From: a virus | Taxonomy: Duplodnaviria; Caudoviricetes | DNA length: 64,000 nt | Direction: 5' to 3' (one strand) | Virus record (IMG/VR): IMGVR_UViG_2209111019_000003 | Location: 9,039-73,038 of that record | In this document: positions 28,348-37,877 of the stretch, in pieces | Layout: every line of letters begins with the position of its first letter | Numbering within the stretch: position 1 is the first letter of the stretch | Program-made: the position numbers and the translations under genes | The notes under the pieces: model-generated | What the model was told of the DNA's origin: nothing | The model's database searches: none | What the model saw: the letters and a program-made list of their open reading frames with translations, nothing else

Positions 28348-28958
28348 CGCTGCTCCCCGAGTACGACTTGGAACTGCCCGACGGTCTCGTGCCGGACGAC
28401 GGTGAACCCGCCCTGCTCGATCAGCGCTCGGTATCCGTCCTGGTCGAAACCCCAGGCGTGACACTCGTCGTGCGACTCCGGGGTCTCGTTCCACGGGGAG
28501 GAGGCGATCAGGTAGTCAGATCGGGTGCCGATCCACCGGACGACCTCGTGGGGGTCGGCCAGGTGTTCCAAGACCTCCGTGGTCACGCTGATGTCTCCGA
28601 GGGCAACGTTCGGCCTGTCCGCCCCGAATACGTCGGCTCGGTAAGCCCGAACCCCTCGCTCTCGCCAGCCAGCCTCGTTTGACGGCTGGAAGTCGTAGCC
28701 CCACGAGTAGAGGCCCGAGACGCTGTTGAGCAGGGACAGGAGGCCTCCGTCGCCGCAGCCCAGATCGGAGAGCCTCACGATGTCGTCCCGTGACGACACG
28801 CATTTCTGCAACGCCTGGATCGCGAACTCGGCAGCTTTCTCCAGCCGGCCGCGGTGGATGGGCTGTTCGAGGTGCGGGGCCCGCTCCCGGTGCCGGTGGA
28901 ACTCCGGGGTGCTGACGTGCGGGGTCTCGCCGTCGGGGAAGAACCGGTACTCAGCCAT
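28344..28958 (-). CDS. class I SAM-dependent methyltransferase
   Basis: LSDLGCGDGGLL and TEVLEHL motifs. Confidence 0.9.
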   Translation of the reverse strand: MAEYRFFPDGETPHVSTPEFHRHRERAPHLEQPIHRGRLEKAAEFAIQALQKCVSSRDDIVRLSDLGCGDGGLLSLLNSVSGLYSWGYDFQPSNEAGWRERGVRAYRADVFGADRPNVALGDISVTTEVLEHLADPHEVVRWIGTRSDYLIASSPWNETPESHDECHAWGFDQDGYRALIEQGGFTVVRHETVGQFQVVLGEQR

Positions 28959-28961
28959 GGG

Positions 28962-29165
28962 TCAGTCCCCGTTCCGGTCGTTGATCAGGTACGACTGCGT
29001 GTCCTGGTCCCAACCGAGGGCGAGCACGTTGCCGTCGATGCCGAGTTGGCCGTTGCCGTAGGGCATCAGGTCCACACCGGTTTCCTTGGTCATCTCGCTC
29101 ATTGCGTCGAGCGCGGCTGCGACCTTGCGCATCTGCTCGGAGGTCAGGTTCAGGGGAGCGCTCAC
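28962..29165 (-). CDS. small hypothetical protein
   Basis: AAGGAGG RBS, coupled. Confidence 0.6.
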   Translation of the reverse strand: MSAPLNLTSEQMRKVAAALDAMSEMTKETGVDLMPYGNGQLGIDGNVLALGWDQDTQSYLINDRNGD

Positions 29166-29368
29166 GAGGTCGCCTCCTTGTGCTCGTCGGCGATGTGGCG
29201 GTCCATCTCGCGGTTGGCGGCCTCCTGGCTGTGCAGGTCGCGTCCCACCCAGCCTTCACAGTTCAGGTCGCCCCAGCAGCGCCAGCCCCACATCTGCTTG
29301 CCGTGATCGTCGATGTGCGTGAAGAGCTGGGGCGGCTCGTAGGCGTCCGGTCGCGTCTGCTCAGCCAC
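29162..29368 (-). CDS. small hypothetical protein
   Basis: AAGGAG RBS, GTG start, Cys/His pattern. Confidence 0.55.
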   Translation of the reverse strand: MAEQTRPDAYEPPQLFTHIDDHGKQMWGWRCWGDLNCEGWVGRDLHSQEAANREMDRHIADEHKEATS

Positions 29369-30053
29369 GGCGGTACTCCTTGATCTGCCGGACCCAGTCG
29401 GGGAGCGTCTCGGCCTGCCACTGCTCGAACACGGCGCGGTCGGCGTCCATGAGCGCGTCGGTGTTGCACTCGGCGTAGCCCGCGTCCCAGGCGGCCTTTC
29501 CGGCGATGGGGTGCTGGTGTTCGACGACAACGTCCGGCAGGTACGTGATCGCACCGAGCGCGTTGCCGATGGCGAGCCACGCGTTGTCGATCCACAGGTG
29601 GACGATGCCCGGCGGCACCATGTGCCCGGTCGCCAGGACGATGTCCGACGTCATCGCCACCTGCGTGGGGAGCGCCTGCCCCTGGATCAGGTCATTGCCG
29701 TACACGAGACCCGTGCCGAGGCGGCCCAGCTCCTGCATGTAGGCCGTGTCCCAGCCGCGGGTACGGGGCCGGTGATCGTCCCCCATGAACGCGACAGCCT
29801 CGCCGCGGGCCGCCCACTTGGGCCCGGCGACGTTCAGGGTGCCGCCGAGACGCAGCCGGGGCCCGGTCTCCAGCCGGAAGAACGGCTCGTCGAACAGCCG
29901 GTCGGCCAGCGTCTGGTAGCCGGGGAGCTCCGGGTCGTCGAGGTCGACACAGGCGACGAGCCGAGTGTCCCCGTCGCACGTCTCCTCAAAGGACGACCAC
30001 AGTTCGGCGAGGTTCTGGGGCCGGCCACGAGTCGGCACGATCACGGTCAGCAT
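29361..30053 (-). CDS. glycosyltransferase family 2 (GT-A fold)
   Basis: LTVIVPTRGRP, AFMGDDH, HLWIDN, VVEHQH. Confidence 0.85.
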   Translation of the reverse strand: MLTVIVPTRGRPQNLAELWSSFEETCDGDTRLVACVDLDDPELPGYQTLADRLFDEPFFRLETGPRLRLGGTLNVAGPKWAARGEAVAFMGDDHRPRTRGWDTAYMQELGRLGTGLVYGNDLIQGQALPTQVAMTSDIVLATGHMVPPGIVHLWIDNAWLAIGNALGAITYLPDVVVEHQHPIAGKAAWDAGYAECNTDALMDADRAVFEQWQAETLPDWVRQIKEYRRG

Positions 30054-30418
30054 GGCGGCTCCCGGTCGGTCGGGGTGGTAGCGGCGGCCAGCAAGTCGTT
30101 GAGGCGCTGGACCTCACGCATCCACTCCAGGACGGAATGGGTTGAGACGTGTGCTTCGATGCGAGCTTCGACTCGGGTCGCGCGCTGAAGCATCGCCCGT
30201 CCTACGAGGGGCGCAACGAGGTCAGCGAAACCGGTGAAGCGCGGCGGCTCGGCTGCGAGTTCGGGCGCGGTTCGGTAGCCCATGACGGGGTGGTAGGCGG
30301 GATCGTCGGCCGCCGGGTTGCGGACGATCTGGAGCGCTTCGTCTGCCGTCGGATCGGGTTCATCGTGATGCCAGCCGCAGTCGGGGAGCGGGCACAGGTA
30401 GCGGGTGGTGGGCGTCAC
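30047..30418 (-). CDS. hypothetical protein
   Basis: CPLPDCGW...HVSTH; coupled to neighbours. Confidence 0.6.
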   Translation of the reverse strand: MTPTTRYLCPLPDCGWHHDEPDPTADEALQIVRNPAADDPAYHPVMGYRTAPELAAEPPRFTGFADLVAPLVGRAMLQRATRVEARIEAHVSTHSVLEWMREVQRLNDLLAAATTPTDREPPC

Positions 30419-31488
30419 GTGAGGGCCTTCTTCCAGTCGTCGCCGTGCTGTTCGATCGTCCAGTCGGCTGCGCGCTCGCGGGCGTTGGCGCCCATTTCGG
30501 CCCGCATGTCGGGGTCCTCGACGAGGGCCCGCAGGTGCTTGCCCCACTCGTGGTCCGAACGGACCAGGAACCCCGTGACGCCGTGCTGCACGAACTCCGC
30601 GTAGGGCCCGTAGTCGGACGCGACGACAGGGATGCCAAGGAACGCAGCCTCGACGACGCGGAGGGGGCTCTTGCTGGCGTTGAAGCGGTGGGCCCGCAAC
30701 GGCGCGAGCATGATGTCGTAGTCGATGGCCCGCCAGTAGTCCGGGACGGACTCGGTCCAGCCGGTGACGCGGACCCGCTGCCGGGGCAGCCGGAACTCCT
30801 GGCTGTAGTCGGCGCCCATGACGTGGAACTCCACCCAGTCCGGGGCCCGGTCGAGGTAGCGGCGTACTTGCTGGCCGCATTCCTGCCAGTCCATGCGGTG
30901 CGTGGACGAGCCGCCCCAGCCGATGACGACACGGCCGGCGCGATGGGGCCGCTGGTGGTCCAACAGCCAGCGCGGCAGGTAGTTGGGCAGGACGTGGACG
31001 TTCGCGTTGAGGGGGCGGATCAGGTCGGCCAACGGCTCGGTGGTGACGGTGACAGCGTCGGCGACCCGGATGTTCGCGTCGAGGTTGGCGCGGACCTGGG
31101 GGTCGCCGAAGAACGCGTGGGCGCGCTCGGACTGGTGCTCGATGTCCCACAGGTTGTCGTCGATCTCGAACACGAGCCGGGGCCGGTGCTTGCGGCGGGC
31201 GAGGGTCTGCCACATCTCGGTCGGTCCGGCCAGGCAGATCCGCTGACCGATGAGGGTGCGCGGGAGCCGGTTCGTGTCCAGCCGTTCGGACCAGCCGGTG
31301 CGCAGCCCGTGCTCCCGCAACTCGGTGAGCGGCGTCATGATCCGGATATGGCCGCAACCGGTACGGTCCGCCAGCCAGCCGTACACGTCCAGGGGGGGCA
31401 AGTTGGCCTGAAGCTCTGCCGCCATGACGCGAGCGGCTCTCCGGCGGTCGGTCGGATCGCTGAAGTCGAACTCCTGGACGGCACTCAC
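30415..31488 (-). CDS. glycosyltransferase (GT-B, family 4-like)
   Basis: FEIDDNLW, IGWGGSSTH, FNASKSPLRVVEAAFLGIPVVASD. Confidence 0.9.
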   Translation of the reverse strand: MSAVQEFDFSDPTDRRRAARVMAAELQANLPPLDVYGWLADRTGCGHIRIMTPLTELREHGLRTGWSERLDTNRLPRTLIGQRICLAGPTEMWQTLARRKHRPRLVFEIDDNLWDIEHQSERAHAFFGDPQVRANLDANIRVADAVTVTTEPLADLIRPLNANVHVLPNYLPRWLLDHQRPHRAGRVVIGWGGSSTHRMDWQECGQQVRRYLDRAPDWVEFHVMGADYSQEFRLPRQRVRVTGWTESVPDYWRAIDYDIMLAPLRAHRFNASKSPLRVVEAAFLGIPVVASDYGPYAEFVQHGVTGFLVRSDHEWGKHLRALVEDPDMRAEMGANARERAADWTIEQHGDDWKKALT

Positions 31489-32042
31489 GAGGGCCGCCCT
31501 TCCTGGTTGATGATCGAGTTCCCGTGGCTGCTTGCCGGCGCTACTCCTTCGCGCCGGGCGCGGGTCAACCAGCCGCGCACTGTGCCCGAGGCGACGCTGT
31601 GCTTTTCCGCCATGGCCTGCGCGGGGTTTCTGTTGCCCGTCACCTGAAGCTGCACGTACTCGCGCGCGACGCTCGCCAGAAAGACGAGGCTCCGACGCCG
31701 ACGGAGGGCATTGCCTCTGAGCGCTCCGTCAAGCTCGGGGAAGAGCCGACTGACCAACGCTTCCGGCTCAAGGTCGCTCGTTCCGTCCAGGTATGAAGTC
31801 AGTGCCTGTGCGGCGAGATCCTCTAGCCGGGCGAAGGGGGTGCTGTTCAACTGGAAGGCCCAGTTGCGGGGGCCTCCCATGTCGGTGGGGTTGCGGCGGA
31901 CTTCGACTCCGTCCAAGCGTGCTCGCGGATCTAGGTCGTAGGTGAAGGTGACCGTGTCCTTGCCGTCATTGGCGAGGAGCGTGACGTGAGCTTGTTCGCC
32001 GTCGTCGCTGATCACGACGGCGGTGGTCAGCGGGGCAGTCAT
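31485..32042 (-). CDS. hypothetical protein with C-terminal HTH
   Basis: PAQAMAEKHSVASGTVRGWLTRARREG. Confidence 0.6.
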   Translation of the reverse strand: MTAPLTTAVVISDDGEQAHVTLLANDGKDTVTFTYDLDPRARLDGVEVRRNPTDMGGPRNWAFQLNSTPFARLEDLAAQALTSYLDGTSDLEPEALVSRLFPELDGALRGNALRRRRSLVFLASVAREYVQLQVTGNRNPAQAMAEKHSVASGTVRGWLTRARREGVAPASSHGNSIINQEGRPS

Positions 32043-32587
32043 GCGGCACTCCGAAACTCGGTGTGCGCGTCGCGGGCATGCTTCAAGCCAGCGATAAAGC
32101 TCTCTAGCTCGTCAGTGAGCAGGAACCACTCGCCGCCTACGCGGAGATGATCGAACCGGTGGTGTAGCCATTGCTCGTTGCTCTCGCCGGCGCCGGGGAT
32201 TGTGGCCAGCAGTCGCACGGGACCCACGGTCATTCCCTCGATCATGCATGATCCGGCGCTGATGGCTTTGATGCGCTTCTCAAGATCGCACGAGTATCCG
32301 ATCTTGACGAATCCGTCCCGTTCGACGAAGTAGACGAGCGACCTTGCCTGACGTTCCGCCCTGCGCTTCAAGCTGTTGGCATACGCGACGCCCTTAAGGG
32401 CGGACTCCGCCACTTCCTTCACGGCCTCGTCGTGGCGATCCCGGGGAAGGCGGATGGCATTCTCAATCGAGTCGAGGAGCATGTTCTTGTGCTGCCAGCA
32501 GACTGTGAGGTAGGCGAGGAACGGAGTGCCCTCTCGGCGGCAGCGCTGGCCATCGCTCACTGGCCAGTTGCAACGCTGGGCGCTCAC
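32039..32587 (-). CDS. GIY-YIG superfamily (T5orf172-like) protein
   Basis: VYFV...VKIGYS...EQWLHHRF...GEWF. Confidence 0.8.
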   Translation of the reverse strand: MSAQRCNWPVSDGQRCRREGTPFLAYLTVCWQHKNMLLDSIENAIRLPRDRHDEAVKEVAESALKGVAYANSLKRRAERQARSLVYFVERDGFVKIGYSCDLEKRIKAISAGSCMIEGMTVGPVRLLATIPGAGESNEQWLHHRFDHLRVGGEWFLLTDELESFIAGLKHARDAHTEFRSAA

Positions 32588-33321
32588 CGCCCTTCCTCGT
32601 TCCGCGTGTGCTGCTCGTTCAGTTGGGCCGCACGCCGGTCCGGTTCCCGGTCGTCTTCCTTGGGCGAGTTCACCCGCGCCGCCCGCTTGGCGTCGCCGAT
32701 GGCAACCTTGTACCCGTGCAGGTAGCCGGACGGGTCCGGGTGTTGTGCGTCCATCACCTCGGGATGCGTGGGCAGGCTCCGGACCTTGGTGAGCGCGCTG
32801 TCGTACTCGCTGGCCTGCTGCGCGTGTTCGCAGGAGTCGATGTGCGGCGGCCAGCCTTCGGTGAGCCATGCGGGTGCAACCCCGTGATCCGTCCAGCCGC
32901 AGTGCTTCTGCCCGATCTCGTAGCCGTGCCGCGCCCAGTTCCGGGCCTCGTCCAGTAGACCCTGCGCCGAGCCGACGACGTCGATGGACTCGTCGTCCGG
33001 GATCCCGAACGCTTCACACAGGGCTGTGCGCATCCAGCCGATGAGCTCCTTCAGTCTGCCGATCTCGTTGCGGAGGAGCTCTGCCTCTCTGCCGTCGGAC
33101 GCCGCTGCCGGCTGGTCCGTGCCGACGGCTTCGCGGACGCGCTCGATGATGCGCTCCAGGTCGCGGACCTGTTCGGCTACGGTCTGCGGCGGCGCGGGCT
33201 CCGTGATGCCCTCTTCCGGCTCGCTGTAACCGGGGCACCAGCCGGTGCCATCGGAGCGATCGTGGGCGTCATGCGGCGAGCCCATTCCCGGGAAGTAGCA
33301 AGGCTTGCTCTGGTCTTTCAT
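32584..33321 (-). CDS. hypothetical protein
   Basis: GGAGG RBS; first gene of leftward operon. Confidence 0.65.
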   Translation of the reverse strand: MKDQSKPCYFPGMGSPHDAHDRSDGTGWCPGYSEPEEGITEPAPPQTVAEQVRDLERIIERVREAVGTDQPAAASDGREAELLRNEIGRLKELIGWMRTALCEAFGIPDDESIDVVGSAQGLLDEARNWARHGYEIGQKHCGWTDHGVAPAWLTEGWPPHIDSCEHAQQASEYDSALTKVRSLPTHPEVMDAQHPDPSGYLHGYKVAIGDAKRAARVNSPKEDDREPDRRAAQLNEQHTRNEEGR

Positions 33322-33436
33322 GGTGCCTCCGCGTGCGGGCGGGGTGTGCGGGTTAGGGGCGGCGGACCGGGACCCGCACGGCCGGGTCCGCCGCCGGGTC
33401 GGAGTCCGGACGACCCAAGGCACAGCGTAGCCGTTA

Positions 33437-33483
33437 CCTTTGAATTGTGGGCAGAACCCCTACGGAAAGCTACGATTCGTAGG
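33437..33483. promoter_or_regulatory. two 15-bp palindromic operators in divergent glycan/lysis intergenic region
   Basis: CCTTTGAATTGTGGG (33437-33451) and GCTACGATTCGTAGG (33469-33483). Confidence 0.55.
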
Positions 33484-33513
33484 AGTAGCACCCCGAATGC
33501 AGGGAGAACCCGC

Positions 33514-34437
33514 ATGACCGCCGCCCACCCCCGCCGCTACGGCCGCAAGCCCCCCAAGCGGGCCCGAGCGCTACAGCTCTCCCACTTCCTCACCGGTGTC
33601 GTCCCCGCCCACCCGGCCGCAGCGGACTACCTCGCCCGCCTGGGCGGCGGCTGGCAGATGCTCGGCAACGACGCCGCCGGGGACTGCGTCGCCGTCACCT
33701 GGGCGAACTTCCGCCGCCTCATGACAGCCCTCGTCACAGGCCGCGAGGTCTACCCGACGCAGGACCAGGTCTGGGCGGTCTACAAGACGCAGAACCCCGG
33801 GTTCGACCCGGCCGGCTCCGCCGACACGAACGGGCCGGGCTCCAGCCACGACCAGGGCATGGACATCCAGACCCTGTGTGAGTACCTCGTCAAGCACGGC
33901 GGCCCCGACGGCGTGAAGGCCCTCGGGTTCGCGCAGGTCAACGCCCACAACACCGAAGAGGTCAAGGCTGGCATCGCCCTCTTCGGCGGGGTGTGGGTCG
34001 GCATCACCGTCCAGGAGATCAACCAGCAGCAGTTCTCCGAGGGCAAGCCGTGGGACTACTCCCGGACGTCTCCGGACGAGGGCGGCCACTCCGTCCTCGG
34101 CGGCGGCTACGGGTCGGGGGGTGCCGGGCCGCTCGGTGGAGACGAGAAGTTCATCACCTGGGCCGAGGAGACCTCGTTCACCGACGCCTTCTGGACGCAC
34201 GAGACGGGCGAGGTGTGGGTCGTCATCTGGCCCGAGCACCTGAAGGACGCCGCGTTCCTGGCCGGCGTCGACATGCACGCCTTCGCCGCTGCCTACACGG
34301 TCATCACCAACGGCAAGCCGTTCCCGGTCGTCATTCCGCCGACTCCGGCGCCGACTCCGGCCCCGACGCCGGGCGACGTCGACAAGGCCATGGCCGCAGC
34401 GGCGAAGACCTGGCTCACCGCGAAGGGACTGTCGTGA
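33514..34437 (+). CDS. papain-like cysteine peptidase, putative lysis enzyme
   Basis: MLGNDAAGDCV (Cys), GGHSV (His), ITW; PTPA linker. Confidence 0.65.
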   Translation: MTAAHPRRYGRKPPKRARALQLSHFLTGVVPAHPAAADYLARLGGGWQMLGNDAAGDCVAVTWANFRRLMTALVTGREVYPTQDQVWAVYKTQNPGFDPAGSADTNGPGSSHDQGMDIQTLCEYLVKHGGPDGVKALGFAQVNAHNTEEVKAGIALFGGVWVGITVQEINQQQFSEGKPWDYSRTSPDEGGHSVLGGGYGSGGAGPLGGDEKFITWAEETSFTDAFWTHETGEVWVVIWPEHLKDAAFLAGVDMHAFAAAYTVITNGKPFPVVIPPTPAPTPAPTPGDVDKAMAAAAKTWLTAKGLS

Positions 34438-35318
34438 CTGTCTACGGCATAGACATCGCCTCCTACCAGGCGACGACGTTCAACACGACGAACCTCGGCT
34501 TCGTCATGGTGAAGGCCACGGAGGGCACCGGGTACGTCAACCCGCATCACGACGCGCAGATCGCCTACGGCCGCAGCCACAACCTGATCCCCGGGCACTA
34601 CCACTTCCAGCGGCCCGGGTCCCCGACGGCGCAGGCCGCGTTCTTCCTGCAGCACGCCCGCCCCCAGGCGGGCGACATCCTGGCCTGCGACTGGGAAGAC
34701 CAGGGCGTCTCCGACGACGCGAAGGACGCGTTCATCCGTGCCGTTCGTGCCGCACATCCGCATCTGCGGACGCTCCTGTACTGCGACCTGTCGTTCTGGC
34801 TCGACCGGGACCGGACCGGGTTCTACGGGGACGGGCTGTGGATTGCCGACCCCGAGGCCGCCATCGGCCACCCCCGCGTCACCGCGCCGTGGACCATGCA
34901 CCAGTACGGCATCCAGGGCACCGACCGGGACGTCGCCAACTTCCCGGACCTCGCGGCGATGCGCGCCTGGGCCAACGGCACGAAGCCGCCGGCACCGAAG
35001 CCGAACCCCAAGCCGCTCGTCGCGGCCAAGAGCGTGCGGCTGCACGTCGCCGTGTGGGCGGCCACCCACTCCGCTGTCGACGAGCGGCGCTACCCGCAGA
35101 ACGAGCCCGAGACCTACGCCATCCAGCGGGCCCTCGTCGCCAACAAGCACCTCACCGCAGGCCACTTCATTCCGGGGATCTTCGACACCCCCACCCTGCT
35201 CGGCTACAAGGCCGAGCAGGAGGCGCAGGGCTACCGCGGCAAGGCCGCCGACGGCATCCCCGGCCTCAAGTCCCTCACCCACCTCGGCAGGCAGCACGGC
35301 TTCACCGTCGCCGCCTAA
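34434..35318 (+). CDS. GH25 muramidase endolysin with C-terminal peptidoglycan-binding domain
   Basis: GIDIASYQ, KATEG, GHYHF, CDWE; ADGIPG at C-terminus. Confidence 0.92.
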   Translation: MTVYGIDIASYQATTFNTTNLGFVMVKATEGTGYVNPHHDAQIAYGRSHNLIPGHYHFQRPGSPTAQAAFFLQHARPQAGDILACDWEDQGVSDDAKDAFIRAVRAAHPHLRTLLYCDLSFWLDRDRTGFYGDGLWIADPEAAIGHPRVTAPWTMHQYGIQGTDRDVANFPDLAAMRAWANGTKPPAPKPNPKPLVAAKSVRLHVAVWAATHSAVDERRYPQNEPETYAIQRALVANKHLTAGHFIPGIFDTPTLLGYKAEQEAQGYRGKAADGIPGLKSLTHLGRQHGFTVAA

Positions 35319-35345
35319 CCCTCACCCACAGAAACGGAACCCGCC

Positions 35346-35723
35346 ATGAAGATCCTCGGAAGAGAACCGGTGTACTGGCTCACCGCCGTCGCGGTCCTCC
35401 TCAAGCTCGTCGCGGCCTACGGCATCGACGTCTCCGACAACCAGCAGGCCACGATCAACGCCGTCCTGGCCGCGGCCGTCGGTATCGCCTCCGCCGTCGT
35501 CCTCAAGAGCGGGGCCCTCGCAGCGGCGATCCTGAACTTCGGGCAGGCAGGCATCGCCTTGTTCGTCGCGTTCGGTCTCAACATGGACGCCCACCAGCAG
35601 GGCCTCATCATGTCCGGCATCGCCACCGTCCTGGCGCTCGTCCTGCACGAGCAGGTCACCGCGCCGGTGCCGACGGTGCCGCTGGAACAGAGGTCTGCGG
35701 TCAAGTCTGTGCAGGGCGTCTGA
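35346..35723 (+). CDS. holin
   Basis: MKILGREP, multiple hydrophobic helices, ends QVTAPVP; follows endolysin. Confidence 0.8.
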   Translation: MKILGREPVYWLTAVAVLLKLVAAYGIDVSDNQQATINAVLAAAVGIASAVVLKSGALAAAILNFGQAGIALFVAFGLNMDAHQQGLIMSGIATVLALVLHEQVTAPVPTVPLEQRSAVKSVQGV

Positions 35724-35724
35724 G

Positions 35725-36168
35725 GTGCGGGCGGTGGTCCGCACGGTCGCCCGCCGGGTGGGCCACCGCGGCGCGCTCCTCATCCTCCTCGGCACCATCG
35801 CCCTGCTGTACGGGATCAGCCTCATCACCACCCCGCCACTGCCCCATCCGCTCGGCCTGCACCTGCTCCTCGGCGTGATGGGACTCCACGGGTGGGGCGG
35901 CACCCTCGCCGCTGCCGGTGTCGTCGCGATCCTCTGCGCCCCGCTGAAGCAGGGACGGGACTGGCCCGGCTTCGCCGTCCTCGTCCTCGTCTGGCTCCCG
36001 TGGTCGCTGAGTTTTCTCGTGTCGTGGTGGCCCGCTCACGAGAACCCCCGCGGCTGGGTCTCCGCGCTGGTGTTCGCCGCACTAGCCGGAGTCCCAGCTG
36101 TCGGGGCCGGATGGGAAGAGCCCGAACCACGAGCGCGAGCGACCGATCAGCTACGGAGCACGAGATGA
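35725..36168 (+). CDS. membrane protein (lysis cassette)
   Basis: about four hydrophobic segments. Confidence 0.7.
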   Translation: MRAVVRTVARRVGHRGALLILLGTIALLYGISLITTPPLPHPLGLHLLLGVMGLHGWGGTLAAAGVVAILCAPLKQGRDWPGFAVLVLVWLPWSLSFLVSWWPAHENPRGWVSALVFAALAGVPAVGAGWEEPEPRARATDQLRSTR

Positions 36169-36488
36169 ACTGGACGACGATCATCGTCTCCGCAATGGCC
36201 GCTTTCGGGAGCACGATGGTCGGTCGCGCCGCCAAGCGCACCCCCCGCCAGGAGAAGCGCGACGATTTCGAGAAGGTCACGCAGCGCCTCGACAAGGACA
36301 TCGAACGCCTGGAAGGGCGCATCAGCAGGCAGGACATGCAGATCTCCGGGCAGACCTCAGCGATCGGCTACCTGTCGGGGTGGGTGCGGACGCTGGTGCT
36401 GTTCACGCGGGCTCAGGGCCTGGAGCCGCCGGCGCCGCCGTTTGTCCCGGACGACGCCAAGCCCTACCTCCACAACATCGGAGTGTGA
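36165..36488 (+). CDS. single-TM coiled-coil protein (lysis cassette)
   Basis: N-terminal hydrophobic helix, coiled coil, PPAPP tail. Confidence 0.7.
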   Translation: MNWTTIIVSAMAAFGSTMVGRAAKRTPRQEKRDDFEKVTQRLDKDIERLEGRISRQDMQISGQTSAIGYLSGWVRTLVLFTRAQGLEPPAPPFVPDDAKPYLHNIGV

Positions 36489-36491
36489 GTC

Positions 36492-37864
36492 ATGCCGCTT
36501 CCCGGGGATGTGCCGACGTTCACGCTGGTCGCCGACTTTCCGCCGTTGTCGCCGGATGGGGCGGAGCGGCAGGGGTCGTTGACGTTCACGCCGGTGCCGC
36601 CGATCCTCGCCGACGCGGATGCCGTGTTCCTGGGGGTGGAGAACGCGACGCTCAACGCGTCCGGGTCCATGTCCAAGGAACTGGCCGCGAACGACGCGTT
36701 CGATGAGCCGTTCGTGTGGCGGGTCGACGGGAACATCGACGGGCAGCCGCCGTTCTCCGTGAACATCTCCGTCCCGGCGTCGGCTGGCACCGTGAACCTG
36801 GGGGCCGCAGCGGAGTTCGAGGCGCTCCCCCCGACTACGTGGTGATCCTCGGCCCGCAGGGACCGGAGGGACCAGCCGGGTCAGGCGGTGGCGCCGGTAC
36901 CCCGTCGCCGACCGTCGTGGCCGGCACGTCGTTCGGAGCGTCCTCAACGGCTGGCGTCGCCACGGCCTATTCGCGCGGCGACCACTCTCACGGGACGCCA
37001 GCCGCGCCGACGAAGAGCAGCGTCGGCTTGGGCAACGTCGACAACACGAGCGATGTCAGCAAGCCCGTCTCGACCGCGACTGGCGTAGCGATCGGAACGG
37101 TCTCCAGCGCCGTTTCCACGCACACCGCAGCGTCCACGTCGGTGCACGGCATCGCCGACACGTCGGCGCTCGTCACCACCACGGACCCGCGCCTGACGGA
37201 CAACCGCACCCCGTCCGGTACGGCCGGCGGGGACCTCGGCGGCACGTTCCCGAACCCGTCCGTTGCCAAGGTCGCCGGGGCCACGGTCAGCGGCACCCCG
37301 GCCACCGGGAAAGTCCTGACGGCGACCTCGGGCAGCGCCGCGTCGTGGCAGTCCCCGTCGGGTGGCGGGGGTGGCGTGTCGATCGTGTCGCAGGGTGATG
37401 ACCGGATCGACCTGGAGATCGTGACGCTGGTCAACTCGGGGACGTGGACCGTGGTCCGCACCTCGGGAGGCGTCGCGATCGGGAAGTCCGTGAAGGCCGC
37501 GGCCGGGGACCGCATCCTCGTCGCCCCGTCGTTCATGTACGCGGGGACGCAGTACGAGCTGGATCTCGCGGTGATGGGCTCGGACGGGACGAGCATCACC
37601 CGGTACGCGGGTTCGTCCGGATCGGGCACGACGCCCGGTGCGGAGGGGTACGCGCCGCTGTACACGCAGGCCACGAGCTTCCCGCACATCACCGGTCCGA
37701 TCATGTTCACGGTCGCCCCGGGCGAGGTCGACGGGTCGGGCCTGTTCACCGTGAACCTCGCCTACCACGCGCCGAGCCTGTCGGGCACGGACCAGCACAT
37801 CTACGCCGGCGCCGGATACATCGCCCGCTGGCTCATGCTCAACATCGGCCCCGAACCCGCCTGA
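36492..37864 (+). CDS. Ser/Thr-rich fibre-like protein split by a frameshift at C6 tract 36827-36832
   Basis: first frame ends FEALPPTTW; the -1 frame continues PDYVVILGPQGPEGP, VGLGNVDNTSD, GGDLGGTFPNP. Confidence 0.7.
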
Positions 37865-37877
37865 CCCCGAACACGCG

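Noticed and set aside
34339-34371. CCGACTCCGGC tandem repeat
   Set aside because: Encodes an ordinary PTPA linker.
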